DNA from: Octopus sinensis
Taxonomy: Eukaryota
NCBI RefSeq assembly: GCF_006345805.1
Contig: NC_043013.1
Location: 26,350,001-26,414,000 of the forward strand
Reading direction: 5' to 3'
DNA: 64,000 bases
Part shown: positions 25,695 through 38,974 of the stretch, one piece after another
How the letters are laid out: each line of letters opens with the position of its first letter
How positions within the stretch are numbered: position 1 is the stretch's first letter
The notes under the pieces: generated by a model
The model's input: the letters and a program-made list of their open reading frames with translations, nothing else
What the model was told of the DNA's origin: nothing
Databases searched by the model: none
Program-made: the position numbers and the translations under genes

Positions 25695-26680
25695 GGATCT
25701 TTGTGGTTTTCGTCACTGTTTACAATTATCTTTAAGAAAAAATTTTTCTTGTATCATATAGATGTAACTTTTGATGCTGAATCCAAATTTGTCATTCATT
25801 TATTACTCTTTTACTTGTTTCAGTCATTTGACTGTGGCCATGCTGGAGCACCACCTTTAGTCGAGCAAATCGACCCCAGGACTTATTCTTTGGAAGCCTA
25901 GTACTTATTCTATCGGTCTCTTTTGCCGAGCCACTAAGTTACAGGGACATGAACACACCATCGGTTGTCAAGCGATGTTGGAGGGACAAGCACAGACACA
26001 CAAACATATATATATATATATACATATATACGACAGGCTTCTTTCAGTTTCTATCTACCAAATCCACTCACAAGGCTTTGGTCAGCCCGAGGCTAAAGTA
26101 GAAGACACTTGCCCAAGGTGCCACGCAGTAGGTATGAACCCGGAACCATGTAGTTGGTAAGCAAGCTACTTACCACACAGCCACTCCTGCGCCTTGCAAA
26201 AGTGTTACAGGTATTCAAAGTTTGACAATTTTCAAAATTTTCAGCCAATCAGAAAACAGCACGTTCACTACCTCTTCTATGATCAGGGGGGAGGGAGGGC
26301 ATTGGCATGTCAAAACATTAAACTCGGACTTTATAAAATAAATTATTTTTCTTGTACCTCCTCCTCCTCCTTGTGCACATGTGCAGCATCTTTGTTTACT
26401 ATGGAAAACAGTTCTTCACAATCAGCTATGCAACATGTGATGCTTCTTTACTTTGGTTACTATGGAATTGGAAACTTTCACCATGGCGATATGTAAAATA
26501 CTCACTTCTGATTGGCTAAAATACCCAAATTTTGCAAATTTTAAAGGCTGATAACTTTTTAATTATGGATTTATAGGGAAAATGAATTTCCTTTTCATAA
26601 TTAGTATACAAAACTTATCCATATACCAAATTTGAAAACAATTGGAACAATGTAAACAGTGACAAAAACCCCAAAGATCC
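25695..26680. mobile_element. MITE with GGATCTTT termini and 8-bp TSD, containing a nested SINE
   Basis: TIRs ggatctttgtggttttcgtcactgtttaca / tgtaaacagtgacaaaaaccccaaagatcc; TSD aaaaatag / aaaaatat. Confidence 0.82.
25803..26192 (-). mobile_element. Full-length tRNA-derived SINE with a CORE-like box (family A)
   Basis: Head ggagtggctgtgtggtaag..gggttca (A/B boxes), ccttgggcaagtgtctt core, internal microsatellite, tail gactgaaacaagtaaaagag. Other copies at ~24240-24460, 27070-27490, 35315-35718, 35910-36065, 38975-39130, 48190-48600, 55045-55410 and 61285-61430. Confidence 0.88.
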
Positions 26681-27222
26681 AAAAATATTTCTAAATCAAG
26701 TACGTATCTTCATAAATTGTGCAAATAACTATTTAGATTGACTTTGTCTTTTTGTTGTTTTATTACTTAGTCTGAAGAGGAACCACAGTGCCTATCGACT
26801 CTTAAAAATTATGAGATCAGAATATAAGAATTCGATGCGGTTGGTCAGGTTAATGACTATATAATTAAGTGGTGGCTAACATATTTCTTAGTTAGGCTAT
26901 GTTTCCCTAAAGAGGTCTCATAAGATTAAAACATGTCTGGAGATGTTACCATATTCATCAAAGAACAGTGCCCATTCAATTTTTAATCAATTTGGATTCT
27001 GAATTTGTTTCCCTTTTCCATCTTTACAAGAATTTATCATTAATGTTAATGATTTTATTTCTCTTCACTAACATGTAGCTAAGAAGCTCACTTTACAACT
27101 ACATGGTTCTGGGGTTCAGTGTCACTCAGCAGAACACTAGGCAAGTGTCTTCTATTGTAACCCTAGGCTGACCAATGCCTTGTGAGGGATTTTGAGAGAT
27201 GAAAACTGTGTGGAAGCTCATC

Positions 27223-27263
<41 letters not shown>

Positions 27264-28859
27264 CATATGTATATATGCATGCATCTTTGTCTCCCCCACC
27301 ATCACTTGAAACCAGTGTTGGTTTGTTTACAACCCAATAACTTAGCAGTTCAACAGAAGAGGCCAATAGAATAAGTATCAGGCTTTAAAAATATGTACTG
27401 GAGTCAATATGTTTGACTAAACTCTTCAAGGCAGTGCTCCAGCATGGTCACAGTCCAAAAGCTGAAACAAGTAAAAAATAAAAGATAAAGATTTGTTGTT
27501 GTTTTTTTTTTGTTTTTTTTTGCTGAGTTGTTAGGAAGCCTTGAAACCATAAGGTCCTGGGTTCATTCCCATTGTGTGGCATCTTGGACAAATGTGTTTA
27601 TTGTAACCTCAAATCAACCAAAGTGTTATGAGTGGAAATGGGTAGACAGAAATTGTGTGGACATCAGTGAGATGGATTGTAGTTGTAATTTAAAGGTCCA
27701 AAGGCTTGTCACATATTTTGTCACATTGAATCAGCTTGGGAATAATTCTAAGAGTACACATGACTGGGATACTCAACCACTTACATAATAATTTAACAAG
27801 TAGGATGTTCAGTTGATAATCAAGCAACTGAATACTCAGAAGATCCATTACGTGTTTATCAAGCAGAAGGCATCCCTGAGAAATTTCTCCCATTTGTTAA
27901 ATTAATGATCAGTTTGAATGCCTCACTGCTTCACTACTTGGAGAGAAAAAAACATAGGCCAGAGAGGCTGAACAGGTGGAGCGGGTGGGGCAGATGTAAC
28001 TGAACAGGCAAGGAGAGAGAGTTATTGTATCAGTCTGGTGGTTGTACTTTGTTTGAAAAAAAGCAATCTACTTAGAGAACCAATAATGTGTCTACTATAG
28101 ACTATTATTTCCTTTGCATTCGATATATGTTCACCACAATATTGATCAGTTACCTCTTCATCCTTTTGTGTAAATAATTAACCCCACTGCCATCCTTCAC
28201 CCCCACACTCAGCCTTCAATGAATATCGATATATAAAAGCCAACAAAGAAGCTTTTAAACAGTCTTTTAACTTGCTAGAAATAGCAACCAAATTTCCTCA
28301 AATCTGACCTTGTTGTCTTTAAAATGGAAGAATACATAGGCCAATGTTGTCCCAGTAACACAAAGAGAGGATGGCCATGGCTAAACACTTTCAGTCAAAA
28401 ATCTACTCAAACACGACTGACCAGGAGCTGCATGGTTACAACAGCAATATGTACTGTAATGTAGAAATGTTATTAAACCTAGAGTCAACCATGACCAAGT
28501 AGAACCATGACTGAAAGCATTCCAGCTGTGATTATTCCATCTTTTTTTTTTTTAGACACACCTCTAGATTACATCAGCCAATGTGTAATTCCTATTTTAA
28601 AACAATAATGTGTGATTTGAGGGATTTTGTCTACTATTTCTAGCAAGTATACTTCAATATACTTGCTATATAACCTGAACTCCTTTAATGTTAAAGAAGA
28701 AAAAATGACAAGGCATGGTTGTGTAGTTTCAGATGCAGTCCCACTGTACAATGCCATGGGCAAATGTCTTCTACTATTGCCCCAGGCTAAACAAAGACTT
28801 GTGAATTGATGTGGTAACTGGAAACTGAAAGAAGCCCATTTATTTATATATATTATCAT

Positions 28860-29625
28860 CATCATCATTTAACGTCCATTTTCTATGCTGGTATGGGTTG
28901 GATGGATAGACAGGAGCTGACCAGCTGAAGAACTGCCCAGGTCCCAATTGTCTGTTTTGGCATGGTTTCTATGGCTGGATGCCCTTCCTAATGCCAACCA
29001 CTTTACAGAGTGTACTGGTAGCTTTTATGCGGCACTGGCATGGGTGCTGTTTATGTGACACCAACACTTATGAGCCTGCAAGATTAGGGATGCTTAGCTG
29101 GAGAAGGCTGCAGGGGATGATCCTGTATGCAAGGGCAACCATGCCTTTACTAAGATTGATGTGTCTTTTCAAGCAAAGCAAACAGCCAGAAGTCTCAGTC
29201 CCCTGCCATCTCCTCTGTGAGTCCCAACATTTGTAGATCCATTCTTACCACTTCGTCCCACATCTTCTTGGGTCTACCCCTTCCACATGTTCCCTCTTCA
29301 GTTAGAGATTGGCACCTTTTGATGCAAATATCTTCATTCATATGCACTACATAACCATACTAGTGCTGTCTTCTCTCTTTCACACTGCATCTGATGTCTT
29401 GTATACCCAGTTTATCTCTCAAATTACTTACACTATGTCATATATGCATATTGACACTACACATCCAGCGGAGCATGCTGGCTCCATTTCTTTCAAACCT
29501 TTGCATATAATCAGTAGTCACAGCCCATATCTCTCTGCTATATAGCATAGCTCTATGTATACAGGCATCATACACTCTGCCTTTCACTCTGAGGGAGAGA
29601 CCCTTTGTTACTAACAGAGGTAGTA
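28860..29625 (-). mobile_element. Diverged RTE LINE 3' fragment
   Basis: Conserved 3' end plus a C-terminal region (GLSLRVKG..YDAC); truncated at the (TA)n next to the inverted duplication. Confidence 0.8.
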
Positions 29626-29677
29626 GCTATATATATATATATATATGGACATCTGCAAATGTACTATTTACTGTTCT

Positions 29678-30228
29678 TATTTTCACAGGTGATTGTAAAT
29701 GAACAGTACCCACTTGTAAGATAGGGATGCTCATCCACAACAAGTTTGTGATATCAAGATAAGGAGTGACAAACACATGCATGTACAATTTTCTCCTGAG
29801 ACTATTTCCACAATGAAAGGTCTTCCCATGTCCAAATGTATACAAACATGTTAAATATGACTTTATATGAATAAGTCTATTCAACATTGCTTTGTGCACA
29901 TGTGGTTGATTAATTCTTGCTTGACCAAGCTTTATGGACATCTGCAAATGTACTATTTACTGTTCTTATATAAGAACAACTGTTCTTATACGGCTGTGAA
30001 ACACTGATTTGGTATTCGTAGATGAAGCATAACAACATAGAAACTCATGAATCCTATAATCTGATAATGTCACATGTCTTTTGTAGCCTGATGTATTTTC
30101 ACACATTGTTTGAAGAGAAGTTGCTTCCTAGCAAAAGGTCTTCCTGTGTATGAGTACATCTGAACATGTTAAATATGCTTGTACATGCATGTATTTTATT
30201 CAACACTGTTTCATGCTCATCCAGTTAA

Positions 30229-30263
<35 letters not shown>

Positions 30264-31162
30264 ATAAATATAAATATATATATATATATTATATTAAATT
30301 AGAGATAAAACCACTATTAGGCAAATCAAACAGTGAAAAACATAAGCCAATACATAAAATTAATTTAAAAATATAAAAGTTAAAAATAAAAAATTATTTA
30401 AATAATTTAAACTTATAAATTTTATATATATATACAAATATATATATATATGTATGTATGTATATTTTTATATTTATATATTATTTTATTTATTAATTAA
30501 GTAATTAATTTTTTTTTTTAAATATCAAAAGTATTAAAAGTTTAATAAAAGATAAAGAGTAATAAAAGATAAAGAGATATATATATCGAGAGAGAGAGAG
30601 AGAGAGAGGAATTAACTGGATGAGCATGAAACAGTGTTGAATAAAATACATGCATGTACAAGCATATTTAACATGTCCAGATGTACTCATACACAGGAAG
30701 ACCTTTTGCTAGGAAGAAACTTCTCTTCAAACAATGTGTGAAAATACATCAGGCTACAAAAGACATGTGACATTATCAGATTATAGGATTCATGAGTTTC
30801 TATGTTGTTATGCTTCATCTACGAATACCAAATCAGTGTTTCACAGCCGTATAAGAACAGTTGTTCTTATATAAGAACAGTAAATAGTACATTTGCAGAT
30901 GTCCATAAAGCTTGGTCAAGCAAGAATTAATCAACCACATGTGCACAAAGCAATGTTGAATAGACTTATTCATATAAAGTCATATTTAACATGTTTGTAT
31001 ACATTTGGACATGGGAAGACCTTTCATTGTGGAAATAGTCTCAGGAGAAAATTGTACATGCATGTGTTTGTCACTCCTTATCTTGATATCACAAACTTGT
31101 TGTGGATGAGCATCCCTATCTTACAAGTGGGTACTGTTCATTTACAATCACCTGTGAAAATA
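29678..31162. repeat. Long inverted duplication: arms ~29678-30266 and ~30582-31162, with a ~315-bp AT-rich spacer
   Basis: Identical 90-aa mirror ORFs on opposite strands. By eye, two substitutions plus a (CT)n length difference between the arms. Confidence 0.95.
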
Positions 31163-31404
31163 TGGCTGGCCATTATGTTGTTTGTGTTTGGAGGACTAAG
31201 GGAAATATTACCTTGTTTGGAAGCACATAAGGGTTGGCAACAGGAAGACCATCCCTCCCATCATATAATATCTGCCTCAACAAACTGTCTGACGTAAGCA
31301 AGCATAGAAGATTGAACACCAAAATGAGAAGTCTTTCCTATATATTGTTATTTACTCTCAGACAGAATAGTGAATACTTCTAACTGGCCACAGGAAATGT
31401 TTAA

Positions 31405-32661
31405 CCCTTTAGCATTCAGATTTAGCACAAGCATAATAAATGCTAAACATGTGCAGAAAATAGACTCCATCAATTGTCAGGGAAACAAGCTAGAAGTAGT
31501 AGATAGCTTCCGGTATCTAGGCGACTAGGTTAGTAGTGGAGGTGGTTGTTCCAAGAGCATAGTTGTGAGAATAAGATTAGGCTGGGCAAAGCTCAGAGAG
31601 CTCCTACCCCTACTGGCAACAAGGGCCTCTCTCTTAGAGTGACAGGCAGATTGTTTGATGCCTGTGTGCAAACAGCCAAGCTGAATGGCAGTGAAACATG
31701 GGCTATAACAGCCAAGGACATGTGTAGGCTTGAGAGAAACGAAGCCAATATGCTTCGCTGGATGTTCATGTTTGACAGAGTGTAAGCATCTTGAGAAAAA
31801 GTCAGGCATAAGTAGAATCAGATGTGGTGTACAAGACAATTGCGCTGGTATGGTCATGTGATGTATATGTATGAGGACAGCAGTATAAAGAAGTGTCAAT
31901 CTCTAACTGTGGAGGAAACCTGTGATAAAAGTAGACCCAGGAAGATATGGGACAAGGTGATGAAGCATGATCTTTGAACTTTGAACCTCACAGAGGCAGT
32001 GACTAGTGACCTAGACCTTTGGCAATGTGCTCTGCTTAAGAGGACCCATCAAGCCAAGAGCACTTGTGCTGGTGGGACATAAAAAAAATATCAACCTCTG
32101 AATGTTGGGCCTCATGGAGGCAAAGTGACTGAGCTCCTGTCGAGTTTTGGGCCTCACGGAAGCAAGGTAGCTGAGTTCCTTATGAGTGTTGGGCCTCATA
32201 GAACCAATGACTATGACCTTTAGCGTTATGTCATGCTTGAGAAGAAGCCCCAGCAAGCTGAGCAAAATTGTAGTTGTGGGAGATACTGGTGTCATGCAAA
32301 TGGCACCTCTGCTGGCACCATGTAAAAGCACCCATTACACTCTGGGAGTGGTTGGCATTAAGAAGGGCATCCAGCCATAGAAACCCATGCCAAATCAGAC
32401 TGGATCCTGGTGCATGCCAGCCCAGTCAAACCATCCAACCCATGCCAGAATGGACAACAGATGTTAAATGATGATGATGATTTCTCTGTCAAATGTAATG
32501 CTTCTTTATTCACAATGTTTTGAATTAATCTTGCATCATCTCATAGCATTGAGATTTAAATAATAAAATTGTATATGACATTGTAGAGTAGGTGTGAGAG
32601 GCCAGATCTGGCCAGTTTGAATGTAAAGCAGGTTGAATATGATATATTTAAGTGCTAAAGA
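31405..32661. mobile_element. TTAA-type (piggyBac-like) MITE split by an RTE 3' fragment (~31450-32480, +)
   Basis: ttaa-ccctttagcattcagat left end, degenerate gtgctaaagag right end. The internal RTE reads LEVVDSFRYLG..KGLSLRVTGRLFDACV and has a (GAT)n tail. Confidence 0.7.
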
Positions 32662-33301
32662 GTAAATGGATAGCATCAATAAATAATTATTAAATCATCA
32701 CTTTTCAGACATGCTTCAACATTCCATATACAGTACAAAAGTTTGGCCATGTTGGAAGAGGTACTGACTTTGGCCAACTTTTCAAGCTCAATAAACAATT
32801 CATTAGTTCAAAATCACCTTACAGGATAACTGATTTCTCTTGATGAGCTATGAGATTAATTTACACCAAAGCTGCATGTTGTCAGTTGAACCAACCAAAC
32901 ACAGAATATATATAACTTGTACTTATTTCAATGATACAACTGAGAAAGGTAAATGTTATGTTGATCCTCATAAGATTAAATTTCAGAATGTTGATGGATG
33001 AATCAAAATACTATAAGATATTTAATCTGATACTCTGTATTTTGTCAAATTGTTGTAAATAATTAACAATTTATGATAATGAACTATTATGAAGAGAAAT
33101 ACAAATAAATGATTTAAAAGTTGTTGTTTATACCCAAGTTAGCAATGATCAAGCAAAACTGTGATCAAAAGTATTCAAGTGATGAGCATCTAATCTATTT
33201 TTCTGTGCACTATCCAAAATATCCTTTCCTTTTTATGACAGAGAAATGTGATGCAAGATTTTGTTGCCTTTTTTCTAAGCAAGCTAGATGACCATTTAGA
33301 A

Positions 33302-33599
33302 CAGTGGTTCACAACCATTTTTTACCTATGGACCCCTTCGATTCCTATTTTACTCAGGTGGACCCTCATAGCCATTCAATATTTTTAAAAATCCCATTAT
33401 ATTTTTATACTTAAATATTATAAGAAATTGTATACAAAAATTTTGTGTATTATAGAAGTGTAACCAATTTATTGCACATAAATTTTAACAAAATTTTATA
33501 TGGACTCCCAAGAGCCATACAAACCCCAAAGGGCTATATGAACCTCAAAGGGCCATATGGACCCCCAAGGGCCATACAGTCTCCTGTTGAAAATCACTG
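33302..33599. mobile_element. hAT-type MITE; related copy at 46237-46486
   Basis: TIRs cagtggttcacaac / gttgaaaatcactg; 8-bp TSD atttagaa / atttagag. The second copy has TSD gattaaat / gattaagt. Confidence 0.85.
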
Positions 33600-34639
33600 A
33601 TTTAGAGGTTCCCTCAGCTTGTAATATGAAAAGTTGGTGTAAAATATGAGAAAAATATGTTGTAAATTTTAGTGTTTTGACCAATTTCACCATTTTCTAA
33701 GCTTATTGACTAATTTCTTCCGTTTTGTCAGTACCCTCAGCTTTATTTATGAGATTTGATTTTGGCAAAAGTCTTGATCTCAGAAAAATTGTTGTAACTA
33801 CTAACATCAATAATCAATCATTCTGCAGTATTAATTATAAAACTAGATACATCTTACTGTTTATTGCAACATTATTGAACTTTCACAGAACATTTTAACT
33901 GAAAAAAAAAGTAAAAATCAGAGAGAAATGCTATTTTCAGGCCAGGTTAGTTGCAATCATAAAAGAAAATGGGTCTTTTTTTCATGAATTTGAGATACAT
34001 TTTTTTCTTTATTATTATGTGTAAAGTAAATTTGCTATCAATTTAAATTGCTTTCAGGAAAATTCAATGGCTGTAAAACTTAGATATGATGTATGGTTAC
34101 CATACGAGAAATCCATCCTTCCAAATATGGAAGTGTTGATGCAAACTACCACTTCTTTCATCATAATTCCATTCACATCTATGATGCTTTATAGGAATAT
34201 TAAAAGGACCCCAGTATTTCATTAATACTTTATTTTATAGATATTTGGAAGGATGAAAGGCAAAGTTAACCTTAATTGAATTACATTTGTGTACATAAAA
34301 AACATATCAACATAATTTCTTTAAGATATTGATTGCTACACTAGGTAGTAGTGCAAAATGCATTAAAAAATTGACCAATTATCAACAGAAACATTTCCTT
34401 TCTTTTTCATTCAGTAATTTTTTTTTGTTACTATTTCTTTTAGTCATGTAAAGGAATAAGGATGGACATCAAATGAAATTCTATGTAATTTGCTATCTTC
34501 GTCTTTATTTTCTGTGACTAATGACTAAGTGAGGCAATTTCATCTCAGTTGGAGCAATGACTGGCAATATAGTAGAGGTCAGGACAAAATGCCTTTAAGT
34601 AATATTTACATACAGCAACAGTCTGAGTTCAGATCCCAA

Positions 34640-34970
34640 CCAGCCATATAGCCATTTCGCATCACTTGGAGGAAATGGGCAGAGTCAGCAAACTGAATGT
34701 ATAGCTCTCACGTAAACTGATTGACTTCAACTGTCAACACAGTATAGATGCCTGCAGGACATTATAGTCCAAGAAGCATCATTTTGATAGGCTGAACAAA
34801 GTGGTTACTGCAGATGAGAAATGGTGTCTGTACTCAAACATAACCTGTAAAAGAAGCTGGACAGACAAGAGTACACGTCCTCAGGCAAAAGCCTACCTGC
34901 ATCAAAAGAAGCTTATGGTTTGTGCCTGGTAGGATGTGAAGACCATGAGTCACTGGGAAACATTGAATGG
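34640..34970 (+). mobile_element. Mariner transposase internal fragment
   Basis: HHLEEMGRVSKLN..; VVTADEKWCLYSNITCKRSW..LHQKKLMVCAW. Confidence 0.82.
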
Positions 34971-36066
34971 AATCATTTTTACAATAAATAAATAGTAAAT
35001 AATATCAATTTTTATCAGATGTACTTCATTCACCATTGTAATTACATACTACTTAGTGGTTCTGTATTTCTACCTTGGACTCTAAACTTTTTTTATACCA
35101 GCTAAAACCTTTGCCTTTTAACAAAGCATTATGCTAGATAGTAAATCTTTTATCTTTAAAAAAAATTGTCAATATTCTTATGTGTACAAAAAATAATGAC
35201 TGCATTACCAAAAAGCAGCCTTGAAGTCAACTGAAATTCTAAAGCAGGTTATTCCATTGAACCTGGAGTAGAGAGTTTTCTTCATTTTGTACTGTATTGT
35301 CTTAGATGAAATACTCTTTTACTCTTTTACTTGTTTCAGTCATTTGACTGTGGCCATGCTGGAGCACCACCTTTAGTCGAGCAAATCGACCCCAGGACTT
35401 ATTCTTTGGAAGCCTAGTACTTATTCTATCGGTCTCTTTTGCCAAACAACTAAGTTATGGGGATGTAAGCACACCAGCATCAGTTGTCAAGCGATGTTGG
35501 GAGGACAAACACCGACACACAAACATACACACACACATATACATACATATATACGATGGGCTTCTTTCAGTTTCCATCTACCCAATCCACTCACAAGGCT
35601 TTGGTCGGCCCAAGGCTATAGTAGAAAACACTTGCCCAAGGTGCCACGCAGTGGGGCTGAACCTGGAACCATTGTGGTTGGTAAGCAAGCAACTTACCAC
35701 ACAGCCACTCCTACGCCTATGTTTATTTTGGTTGACATAGTATTATATCTGATGAAGATAAATCCAGTTTGGTAAAAGAATAAAGTCGTGTAGATTGTAT
35801 AACCACAGCTGCAATCCAACTCACCATGATTGAGTTCACAAAGAAATCACTTCAGTCATACGATTTTTATGCAAACATAGACAAAAGTGACTTTTATTCT
35901 GTTGAAATAGCTGTGTAGTAAGTAGTTTATTTCCCAACCACATGGTTCCAGGTTCAGTTCCAATGCCTGGCTCCTCGGGAAGGTGTCTTCTACTATAGCC
36001 TTGGGCTGATCAAAGCCTTGTGAGTGGATTTGGTAAATGGAAACTGAAAGAAGCTTGTCGTATGTT

Positions 36067-36110
<44 letters not shown>

Positions 36111-36163
36111 CATACATGCAGGCATAGATACAGGAGTGGCTGTGTGGTAAGAAGCTTGCTTCC

Positions 36164-37590
36164 GTGCATTCGTCAGACAGGGTGCATTTGGTTTGTTGTT
36201 TTTGTGTGAGTCAGACGTTTTTTGTGCTGCTTTGAAGGTAGAGACAATGTACTCAGACTTTAGCGGGTCAGAGTTGTCTTTAGCAGAGGAGGAGCTGGTA
36301 AGGGTGGTCATAAAGATGGACGGAGTACTGGAAAAGACAAGGAGTTTTGCTAAGGCCACAGAGATGAAGCGAAGGGAGCTGGACTTGGCTGGTTCAAAGG
36401 AGTATGAGAAGATGGTACAGAAGGTGGGAGGTGACATGAGGTTGTTGCCCCCCAAAGGAATTATGGAGTGGATGGAGAGAAAAACAATCACCTATAAGGT
36501 GTTCTCTTTAAAAGGAAAAAAGGTTGAGCAGGTGGAAGCTGAAACAGAAAAGGCACTAAGGGAGCGGTCAAAGGACGTGACATATATAACCAAAGGAAGG
36601 AGATATGGGACGATGGTCATCCAATTTAAGACAGTAGGGGAGGCATGGAGGCTGGCGAGTGTGGCGGTGAAAACAGAGGATGTAGTGCTTCTGCCCACAT
36701 ACCTTGGAAGAAAGACTTCCAAGGTAAGGGTAGAAGCAATCCCACCTGATATAGAAGTGGTTTGGGTGGCGGAGGCTGTCCTTGTTGGAAGTGAGGACAA
36801 AGTTGCTGTCTTTCAAGCCACAGAGACGGAGGAAGAAGGTTGGAAAGGGAAGACATTGGAATTAATTATACAGATGGAGGAGGGATAAATGGAGAGTTTG
36901 GCAGAGATGTTGACATTGGGGGAAATTGTGCTGAGAGTGTGGGTAGAGGGTAGAGAACCACATTGTTTTAAATGTGGATAAAAGGGCCATATCAGAGCAT
37001 ACTGCCTCTACAGAGGACAATAGTAGAGGAAACAGCTGCGGAGACGGAAGAGAAAAGAGAGGAAGAAAAGATAGACAGAGGAAAGGAGGAAGAATGGAGA
37101 ATAACAGAGTAGAAAGAAGAGAAAAAAAAGAAAGAACACTGAGTATGATGTGGTACCCCAGTCCAACTCCATCCCACCCAAGACCACTCAGACCCACCCT
37201 CTCCATACAGACACCAAACCCACCCACCCCACTTCCCCACAGGAAAAAAAAAACAAAAAAGAGCAGACACCTCAGAATTTAGAAGACCCCCTCCCCCAAT
37301 GAAAAGGGTTACAAGAGAGTGCAGTCATGGAGCTATAGTGGAACAGGAAAAGAGACTAAAGGGAAATTAGGACTTAGAGGCAGCGAGTGGTGTTGCTCAG
37401 TGTAGGGTGAGTAGCACACGCTTCATATTTTCATTTTCAACTACCATGCATGTTTTAATTTGTTTTTCATGTTCATTTTCATGCATCATTCATAATATAT
37501 TTTATTTTTATATATTTTTAATTGTTATATGTCCCCATGTGTTATAGTGGCCCCTCTATGTAAAACCTTTATGGCTAATTTGATGAAATA
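36164..37590 (+). mobile_element. ORF1-only Tx1/L1-like non-LTR element (gag-like, CCHC knuckle), pseudogenised
   Basis: ORF 36193-36888 continues in frame past a TAA to VWVEGREPHCFKCG*KGHIRAYC (CX2CX4HX4C), then charged and Pro-rich sequence, a T-rich UTR and aataaa. TSD aagaagcttg(c/t)ttcc at 36149-36163 / 37591-37605. No RT. Confidence 0.8.
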
Positions 37591-38676
37591 AAGAAGCTTG
37601 TTTCCCAACCACATGGTTCCAGGTTCAGTTCCAATGCATGGCACCTTGGGAAAGTGTCTTCTACTATAACCGTGGCTGACCAAGGCCTTGTGAGTGGATT
37701 TGGTAGATGGAAACTGAAAGAAGCCCATCATATATGTGTGTGTGTTTGTCCCCAACGACAACTTGACAATCAGTGTTGGTGTTTACATCCCACTATTCAG
37801 CCAAAAGAGTCCAATAGAATAAGTACCAGAAATAACAATAAAACAAGTACCAAGAAGCAATGTCAAGTGACCAACACTTTGCCGATACGCTGTACTTGAG
37901 AAGATTCATGAAGCCAAGTGAAACCATTGTCATGGCCATTGCCAGTGTGACGTTAACGGCACCGATGAAACCATAGCCATGACCATTACTGGTGCCATGT
38001 AAATGGCACCCGTGCTGGTGGCATGTAAAAAACACCCATTACACTCATAGAGTGGTTGGCATAAGGAAGAGTATCCAGCTGTAGAAACCATGCCAAACCA
38101 GACTGAAACCTGGTGCAGCTCTCCGACTTACCAGATCCAGTCAAACCTAACCCATGCCAGCATGGAAAGCAGACATTAAATGATGATAAGGAGGAGTCAA
38201 TTCATTTGACTAAATATCCTTCAAGGTAGTGCTTGACTGAAAAATGATAAAAGATAGATAAAAAATAGAAAATTCAAAAATGAAAACATCACATGTTAGA
38301 TGTTAGAAGTTTTAAAGTTGAAATGTATATTTTGAGATGACTAAGTCAAATCTGTTATGAAACAGACTCTAGTAGATAAAACCCAGTACAACAATTGACA
38401 ATCTTTTTAATTGTATTGTAATTAACTATGTATTTCTACCACTTATAGGTAACAGCTTCCTAATGTTTCATTATTCCAATGATTTGAGTTGAATGATCCA
38501 AAAGCAATACAGGTTTAACTTATACACATTTATGTTATAATGTTGATGTCACTCAAACGGTCTGTAAATATATTCAGTTGGTTAGGCTTCAACCATAGTA
38601 ATTCGAGGACTATAGCTATTACTTCTATTCGCTTTAGCCATTAGAATGTGGTCATGCAGGGACACCACCTTGAACA

Positions 38677-38716
<40 letters not shown>

Positions 38717-38719
<3 letters not shown>

Positions 38720-38844
38720 CAAAATAAGCAACAGGATATCAAGTAGTGATGCAGTACAACCGTTTCGAGTCTCTCCATTTAATTGGAGCCGCTTGAAACG
38801 GTCGTACTGCATCACCACTTGATATCCTGTTGCTAATTTTGATT
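38717..38844. repeat. Near-perfect ~54-bp-arm hairpin
   Basis: aatcaaaataagcaacaggatatcaagtagtgatgcagtacaaccgtttcgag .. cttgaaacggtcgtactgcatcaccacttgatatcctgttgctaattttgatt. Confidence 0.9.
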
Positions 38845-38928
38845 TTATTCACCTTACTTCAAGCTGTGTGGATAATACGGGACTGACTTGGTGCTTCAAC
38901 TTAAGTACCTAATTCAACTAAATCTCAG

Positions 38929-38974
<46 letters not shown>

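Noticed and set aside
29627-31297. Duplicated gene pair MQMSIKLGQAR..
   Set aside because: Non-ATG starts and no recognisable domain; the identity simply reflects the inverted duplication.
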